Source of the DNA: Balamuthia mandrillaris
Lineage: Eukaryota
Direction: 5' to 3'
DNA length: 40,733 nucleotides
NCBI GenBank assembly: GCA_031835245.2
Contig: JAVKOQ020000063.1
Span: 186,001-226,733 of the forward strand
Shown here: piece by piece, positions 34,320 through 40,733 of the stretch
Layout of the letters: each line of letters begins with the position of its first letter
Position numbering within the stretch: the first letter of the stretch is position 1
The notes under the pieces: generated by a model
Databases searched by the model: none
Told to the model about the DNA's origin: nothing
What the model saw: the letters and a program-made list of their open reading frames with translations, nothing else
Program-made: the position numbers and the translations under genes

Positions 34320-35042
34320 ATGGGTCAACCGCAACGAGTGTGGCTAGCTTCGCTGGTGCTGCTTGCCTTGGTGTTCCTGGCCGCCGGCAAAGGCTTCAAC
34401 GGAGTGGTCCGGCAGAAGGTCCGCCAGGGCACAGGCAGCGCCTGTCCCGACGGCCTCGACGCCTGCGCTCTGTTCGAGGGCGGCGGCATAGAGGTCTCCG
34501 CCTTTGCCGGCTATTCCTTCGGCTCCGCCTTTGCCCTCTCCTTCTGGTACAAACGCACCGCCGGGCACGACGGCTACGCCCCTCTGCTCAACCAAGGCTA
34601 CGCCCAGTCCTCCAGCTTTGACATTCGTCTCGGCCGCAGCTCCGAGCCCAAAGCGGGGCACGTCTTCTTCAACACCGCGCCCAAGCACCAAGAAAGGCTC
34701 GACTGGAAGATCCCTCCTTACTCCGCCTCCAACCCCCAATGGTCTCACATCGTCCTGAACTTTGACTCCCCGCAGGTCTCCCTGTACGTCAACAGCTCCG
34801 CGGTTGCCCTAACCACAGCGGAGGGTTCCATGGCCGTGCAATCCCCGCCTTTGAGGATCGGCTTCAACGACTATTTCGAACGATTGCATGGGCTCATGGC
34901 AAACATTCAATTCTTTGAGAGGGCACTGTCTGCGCAGGAGATAGCGCAGCTGTGGCAGAGCCCTGAGAAGACCATCGGCAATGGGTTGTTGGCCAGGTAT
35001 TCCTTTGAGAAGGCTGATGACCTAGGTCATGATAGTAGCTGA
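34320..35042 (+). CDS. Secreted LamG/concanavalin-A-like (Laminin_G_3) domain protein, intronless
   Basis: Signal peptide; FALSFWYK, WSHIVLNFD...SLYVNS, LRIG, GLMANIQFFERALSAQEI. Confidence 0.8.
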   Translation: MGQPQRVWLASLVLLALVFLAAGKGFNGVVRQKVRQGTGSACPDGLDACALFEGGGIEVSAFAGYSFGSAFALSFWYKRTAGHDGYAPLLNQGYAQSSSFDIRLGRSSEPKAGHVFFNTAPKHQERLDWKIPPYSASNPQWSHIVLNFDSPQVSLYVNSSAVALTTAEGSMAVQSPPLRIGFNDYFERLHGLMANIQFFERALSAQEIAQLWQSPEKTIGNGLLARYSFEKADDLGHDSS

Positions 35043-35435
35043 ATAATTAAAGCGCAATACTAAGAATGAAGAGAGATGAGAGAAAGAGAAAGAGAAAGAG
35101 AAAGAGAAAGAGAAAGAGAAAGAGAGAAGAGAGAGAGAAGAGAGAAGAGAGAAGAGAGAAGAGAGAAGAGAGAAGAGAGAAGAGAGAAGAGAGAAGAGAG
35201 AGAGAAGAGAGAAGAGAGAAGAAAGAAGAGAGAAGAAAGAGAGAGAGAGAGAGAGAAGAGCGAAGACAGGAATGCAACAGCCAGAAAACTAAGCGAAAAA
35301 GGGCATCAGTTTGACCGAAAACAAAACCAGTCCTTTGCGTCAAAGAACAAAGACAGCCAGACGTTGCCATAGTGGAACTAAAAAACGTTGCGTTCAACTA
35401 AGAAAAAGAATAAGCAAACAACACACGAACAAACA

Positions 35436-35735
35436 ATGCAACAAGAAGCTAGATCAGAGTACACCATCAGGCCTTACCCGGAACAAATCACAGGGGGCAT
35501 GAAAGAAGGCGAAGCCGTCTGTTTCCGGCTCGGAACCGACTTTGTGGAGGGCCGCATCGAAGCGGTGGTGACCAAGCCCGGCCTGGAGGTGGGAGGCCAG
35601 AAGATAGAGCAGGCCTCCGCCAACGAGCCCAAGTACGTGGTCAGGGACATTGACACCCAACAGATGCACGTGCTGGAAGAGAAGAGCCTCTACCCTGGAG
35701 ATGCCAAGCAGGTCGGCCTTGCCACACAAAAGTAG
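35436..35735 (+). CDS. Single Hva1/DUF2945-type Tudor domain protein
   Basis: MKEGEAVCFRLG..FVEGRIEAVVTKP..VGG....ASANEPKYVVRD; homologous to 31150-31704. Confidence 0.7.
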   Translation: MQQEARSEYTIRPYPEQITGGMKEGEAVCFRLGTDFVEGRIEAVVTKPGLEVGGQKIEQASANEPKYVVRDIDTQQMHVLEEKSLYPGDAKQVGLATQK

Positions 35736-35848
35736 CATCAAGAGAAGCAACCTCAGCCTGTTGGAGGCAATGGTTCAAAATAAAACATTCAACAAAACAG
35801 TTTGGCTTTGTTCAAAAAAAAAATTTTATAAAAAAAAACAAAAAGATG

Positions 35849-35920
35849 AGGGCACAGCCGGTTTCGAACCGACGACCTTCTCGGTGTAAACGAGATGCTC
35901 TGCCACTGAGCTATGCACCC
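35849..35920 (-). tRNA. tRNA-Val(TAC)
   Basis: GGGTGCA-TA-GCTC-AGTGGCA-GAGC-A-TCTCG-TTTACAC-CGAGA-AGGTC-GTCGG-TTCGAAA-CCGGC-TGTGCCC-T; T-run terminator follows. Confidence 0.92.
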
Positions 35921-36077
35921 TTTGTTATCATGTGGTGATTCAAAGATGGAAATGTTCAAAACTTCAATAACTTTTTTGGCCATTTGCCAATAATTGTTCA
36001 TAATTTTTTCGTTTATTTCGAAGGAAAGGCAATCAACGAGAGCCGTTGGAGGTAAGAAGCAGAGAGAAGTGAGAGTA

Positions 36078-36551
36078 ATGGCATCCTCCGCGCAGTGGCA
36101 ACACCTTTCCACGGAAGAGCTGCTGGTCAAGCAGAAGGAGCTGGTCGCCTTGGTGACCAAGATCGCCGCCAAGCTGGAAGAGACCTCCACCAAACTTAAC
36201 GGCCTCAACGAGGAGCTCATCATTCGTTTTGGCGATCTCTGCTCCTCTGCTGCCAACCAAGAAGAAGAAGAAGAGGAGAACGAAGGCGGTGGCGCCAAGA
36301 CTCCCAGCCCCAGCGGTAGCGGCTCCACCACACCCACCGGCAAGTCTCCCGCCGCCACCCAAAAGAAGGTCACCAAGCCGGACAAACTGGGCCGCTTCGC
36401 CACGCCGCACAGCGCCCGCGTTCATCACTTGAAGGAAAGAGAGGAGGAGAGGAAGAAGGAAGGGACCACCTTCCGAACGAACACCGGCAGCAACAAGAGC
36501 GCCGTCAAGTCCACCGAACCTCCCAAACTTCGAAAGTTTGAGCACTGGTAA
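36078..36551 (+). CDS. Hypothetical protein, N-terminal coiled coil plus disordered basic tail
   Basis: Intronless GC3-rich ORF with a heptad pattern in LLVKQKELVALVTKIAAKLEETSTKLNGLNEEL. Confidence 0.7.
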   Translation: MASSAQWQHLSTEELLVKQKELVALVTKIAAKLEETSTKLNGLNEELIIRFGDLCSSAANQEEEEEENEGGGAKTPSPSGSGSTTPTGKSPAATQKKVTKPDKLGRFATPHSARVHHLKEREEERKKEGTTFRTNTGSNKSAVKSTEPPKLRKFEHW

Positions 36552-36630
36552 AACAAACATAATCCCATCAACAAAACAAGTTTGTCAAAAAGAACTGTTA
36601 AATACATTTATACTTGTTATGAAAACATGT

Positions 36631-36904
36631 TTAGGAGGACGAAGAAGAAGAAGAACAAGAAGAAGAAGAAGAACGAGAAGAAGAGAAGGAGAGAATATGT
36701 TGATGAATGAGCTGATTGAAACGAACAGGGTCCTCGCTGTTGAGCATGTGGCCTGCACCCTCAAAGTAAAATAGTTTGGCATCTAGGATGTTGGATAACA
36801 CTTCTGAGTTCTTTGGCTTTACTAACTGTTGTTATTTTGTTTTTAAAAAAATGAATGCTAGTGAGAAAATGAGAGGAAGCGTGAAAAAGAGAAGGAAGAT
36901 AGAG

Positions 36905-36942
<38 letters not shown>

Positions 36943-38522
36943 AAGAAAGGAGATAGAAAAGTAAGAAAAAAGGAATAGGGTGGACAATAAGTACCAGGTC
37001 AGCGGTACCGGTAAGAACTAGAACAGGAATACCAGCCTCCTTTATTTGAAGCAACTGTTTGGTGGGTACATAGTGAGTCAACAGAGCCAACGTTTGTTGC
37101 ACCAATCCTTTTAAAAGATAAAAAAATAGTAAGAGGATAAGAGCAAAGTTATAAACGACAATGAAAAAAAGAGGCTTATACCACTAAATTGCATATCATC
37201 AAACTTGTCAAAGTGCCACCGAAAGACCTTATCTCCATTGTGCTCCAAATGTTTGGCCGAGTAGTTAATTGCAATGAAGGCCCTCACTTTCTCCTCTTTG
37301 GACTTCATCCTCAGAAAAGCAAGCAACTTTGGAACTCCTCCTAATGGCAGCATCGAGTGTCTGCCTCCAGCGTGGGTGCCTGCCAATGTTAACGTTATAA
37401 ATCTCTCTGGTTGCAATGCTGCCATTACTTGAGCCACCATCCCTCCTTTTATTACGTTGTTTGTGAGCATGTAGGGAGAAAAGAGATCGGAAAGCAGAAT
37501 AAAACAAAAGCGGGAGAACAGAATAAGAAGAAGAGAGGAGGGAGGGTAGGAACTAAGAAGGAGAGAACAAAGAAGCGAAAGAGAAGAGAAGAGAGAGAGA
37601 AGAAAAGAAGAAGAAGTGAAGAAAGAAAACCCATAGAGAAGCCAACAAGGTGCAATAGTGACCAGCCGAGATGGTCAAGCAGTTCCAATGTGTCTTTGGC
37701 ATATTCTTCCATTCTGCAATAAATGAATTCGATGGAGGAGAAGCAGCATAGAGAAAAGTAAGAAAATAAGAGAAAGAGGTCATGAGAAAGACAGCAGAAA
37801 GAACGAGAAGAGGGAATAGCAACTAACGTGGGAAAGCACATGGAACGATGCGACGGAGAACTGGGATATCCTCTGTTGTCGAAGATACAAACCTGGAACC
37901 CCAACTCTGGTTGCGCAAAGTAGGCCACCTGCTCTGCCCACACCTGAGAAGAGGTCACGTAACCTTTTTTTTTTTAACAATCACATTATCAACATCAACG
38001 CAGCGAAGTTGTTTGATCAACGTTACAAAGAAGCACAAGACGAACAAGAAGAAAAAGAAGAACAAGAAAAGAACAGTAACAAAGAACAAAAAGAAGAAAA
38101 AGCAAACCCATGATAAACAGCAGCTTCTTAGGGCCATGCCCAAAGAGCTGGTAGCACAGAGTGCAAGGCGAGCCTCGGCGCTCCCCCACTTTGAGGCGGT
38201 GGCTGAACGTTCGCAGGGCGAGCGCTGGGCAGTGGTCGTGTTTGGCGAACATCTCGCTGTGAGGCAGGTTCCAGCTGCGTTCCCGGTGGAAGCTGGTCGC
38301 TCGAAAGGGCTTCCTGCGAGGCCGACTCGTCGTCATCGACTTTTGTGATGGTGGCGTCATGCCCTCATTGGTGCTGTCATTCTCCTTTGCTTTTGCTTTT
38401 TCTTTGGCATCATAATGGATCTCTTCAGCCTTCAGTTGTGTTGCTTGTTGCTCTGAGCTTGGGCAGCAAGGAGAAGCAGCGACCTCTTGCTGTGTTGTTG
38501 TTGAGCCATCCTCATCCGCCAT
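36631..38522 (-). CDS. Alpha/beta hydrolase (Abhydrolase_1-like), multi-exon
   Basis: GHGPKKLLFIMG, VCIFDNRG, LHLVGFSMG|GMVAQ (nucleophile Ser), LVLTGTADL, EGAGH. Confidence 0.88.
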
Positions 38523-38749
38523 CGTCTTCTTTTTCTCTCTTTTGCACGTGTTCCGCTACGTACGTCAGCTTTGCTATGTAAGGAATACATGACGTCCTCT
38601 TTCACAATTTAAGGAAATTTAATATGTGGAATTCAAAATTTGTGAGGAAAGGAGATAGCGTGACGTCACCGAAGATTTCCTTTGCAAGAAGCTGTCTCTC
38701 CTGTCCACGCTCATGTCAATCCTGCTACACAGAAGGAAGAAAGAATAGA

Positions 38750-40034
38750 ATGGAGCAAGAGGAGGAAAGAAAGGCCACCCCAAAGAAAGTCTTCATCCCT
38801 GTTTTTCAAGATGGGCACGATGACCGAGTGGTTCAGCTGGAGGCTGTTCTGTATGACCCACAAGAGGAAGAACACGCCACCTCCTCCCCTGTTTTCGATG
38901 GTGGAGCAGCAACTGCAGCTGCAGCCCAACAAAAGACGGCTGTGGTTGTAACTCATCCACACCCTAAACTTGGTGGAGATCTTCGAAACAATGTTGTATC
39001 TGCCATATTCAACAGGTTTGTAGTTGTTTGTGTCACACTTTTTGTTCCTCATTCCAAAATCCAAAAAAAAAGATTTGTGAAGGAAGGCATTTGTGCAGTC
39101 AAGTTCAACTTTCGTGGTGTTGGTTCTTCGACTGGCAGCTGGACCTGGCGAGGTTTCTTTCTTGCTTCTTGTTGTTCTTCTTTTCTACTCTTCTTCTTGT
39201 TCTTCCTCTTCTTCGTCATGTTCTTGTTCTTCTTGTTCTTCTTGTTCTTCTTGTTCTTCTTCTTCTTCTTCTTGTTCTTCTTGTTCTTCTTGTTCTTCTT
39301 GTTCTTCTTGTTCTTCTTCTTCTTCTTCTTCTTGTTCTTCTTCTTCTTCTTCTTCTTCTTCTGGCTTCTTCATGCTTCTTAGAGTGTCGATCTGTCTGTA
39401 ATTTCTTTCATGTGCATTACATCTCTTTCCTTCTCTCTCTTTGCTTGTTTCGTTCGTTGTTTCGCCCTTTTATCCACTTGCTCGCTGACCAAGAACTGCA
39501 ACACCACAAGGAACCGGAGAACGAGAAGACTTGAAAGCGGTGTGCGACTACCTCCAAGCCCACCACCGCGTCTCCGACATCACGCTCATAGGCTACTCCT
39601 ACGGCTCCGTCATCTCCTCCTCCCTCCTGCCCGACATCCCCGCAGCAAAGGCTTGCGTGGCGGTGTCCTATCCCTTTGGCGTGTTGCCCTTCCTCCTCTT
39701 GGGTTGGCTGCTCCCCAAGTCGCTCTCCCCGGTGAAGCCCATCCTTTGGATCATGGGCAAGGAGGACCAGTTCACGGGGGAGCAGCGGTTCGAGCGGAGG
39801 AGGAGGGAGCGAGAGAAGGCCAAGGAGGAGCTGATGATGATGAACCACCTCAACCTTCCGATGCGGCGGGATGAGTGGCGGTTGGTGGAAGGGGCGGATC
39901 ATTTTTGGAGGGGCAAGGAGCAGGGCCTCGTGGAGATGATTTGGGATTGGTCGCAACGGCAACAACAACAACAACAGCCATCATCACAAGAGCAACCCCA
40001 TGAACAGGAGCCCACCTCGCCTTCATCCTCGTGA
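38750..40034 (+). CDS. Alpha/beta hydrolase (HPHP..GG type), 3 exons
   Basis: VVVTHPHPKLGGDLRNNVV, FNFRGVGSSTG, LIGYSYGS, GKEDQF, EGADHFW. Confidence 0.88.
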
Positions 40035-40310
40035 TTTAAAAAAACACTACCACAACGGGGGTTTTTACGGACCTTGGGCGTGGCAAGTAACTTTTCTCCT
40101 CTTTCTTTGTGCTATTTACTGCTACATATTTTTTTGTTGAACGTGCAAACAAAGTCAAAGGCTACGTGCAGAACGTAACTTTTCTTCTCTCTCTCTCTCT
40201 CTCTCACTCTCTCTCTCTCTCTCCCCTCTTCTCTCTCTCACTCTCTCTCTCTCTCTCTCTCTCTCGTTCAGAACGTCACGCGCACTCACGTATTATTATT
40301 TGGGTTTGAA

Positions 40311-40322
40311 GTGGGTAGGGTG

Positions 40323-40366
<44 letters not shown>

Positions 40367-40488
40367 TCGTTGCTTCCTTGTTGACTGCTACATTTTTTCT
40401 TTAAAACAAAAGAAAGTGACTCTCTCTTTTGGCGAGAAGAACATCAAACCCACTCACCTATTACAAGTGGGAAAGGTGCTACTCTCTC

Positions 40489-40543
<55 letters not shown>

Positions 40544-40580
40544 GCTTCCTTGTTGACTGCTGCTACATTTTTTCAAAACG
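40311..40580. repeat. Two direct repeats GTGGG..AGGTGCTA(CT)n..GTTGCTTCCTTGTTGACTGCTACATTTTTTC
   Basis: Copies begin at 40311 and 40468; degenerate relatives lie at ~40080-40190. Confidence 0.75.
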
Positions 40581-40733
40581 GGATTGCCAGCCAAAGGGAA
40601 GGGGGAAGGCGGGGACCTCCAATCATTGGAGAGTGTACGATAATGAGGGACAGGCAAGTCAGGACCCCAGAAAAGCGAAAGAAAAAACCTGGAAAGGAGA
40701 TGAAAAGTTGGGCTGGCCCAATCCCAGGCCACC

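Noticed and set aside
40311..40580. CRISPR-like or transposon-terminal repeats
   Set aside because: Only two microsatellite-containing copies, no spacers, TIRs or transposase, and the context is eukaryotic.
40454..40732. Minus-strand ORF at the window edge
   Set aside because: Runs into a microsatellite, has no recognisable motif and is truncated by the window.

Overview
Gene-dense, intron-containing eukaryotic DNA with microsatellite-filled introns. An amoebozoan (Balamuthia/Acanthamoeba-like) origin is my inference from style, not shown directly. I can support about 22 protein genes, one ankyrin pseudogene and a tRNA-Val(UAC). Recognisable genes: a clathrin-linker-like gene end, a GT17 glycosyltransferase, a giant charged protein, BCS1-like AAA, Old Yellow Enzyme, erlin, polyprenol reductase, SYS1, a METTL21-type methyltransferase, a LamG protein, two alpha/beta hydrolases, two Hva1-Tudor genes, and bacterial-type DUF6935 and PGDYG genes. 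Two things stand out. (1) At 1277-1534 is a tRNA-shaped RNA with intact acceptor, D and T arms but about 190 nt of structured insert where the anticodon arm should be, directly downstream of a further ~460 nt of strand-specifically folded non-coding sequence. (2) At 19.5-28.2 kb is a tandemly duplicated head-to-head pair of mutually paralogous secreted proteins (Cys-rich beta domain + PSI + EF-hands). One partner has a dibasic-flanked excisable spacer and the other a GPI-like tail, making this a candidate undescribed two-subunit surface/secreted system. All family calls and exon boundaries were made by eye; no searches were run.
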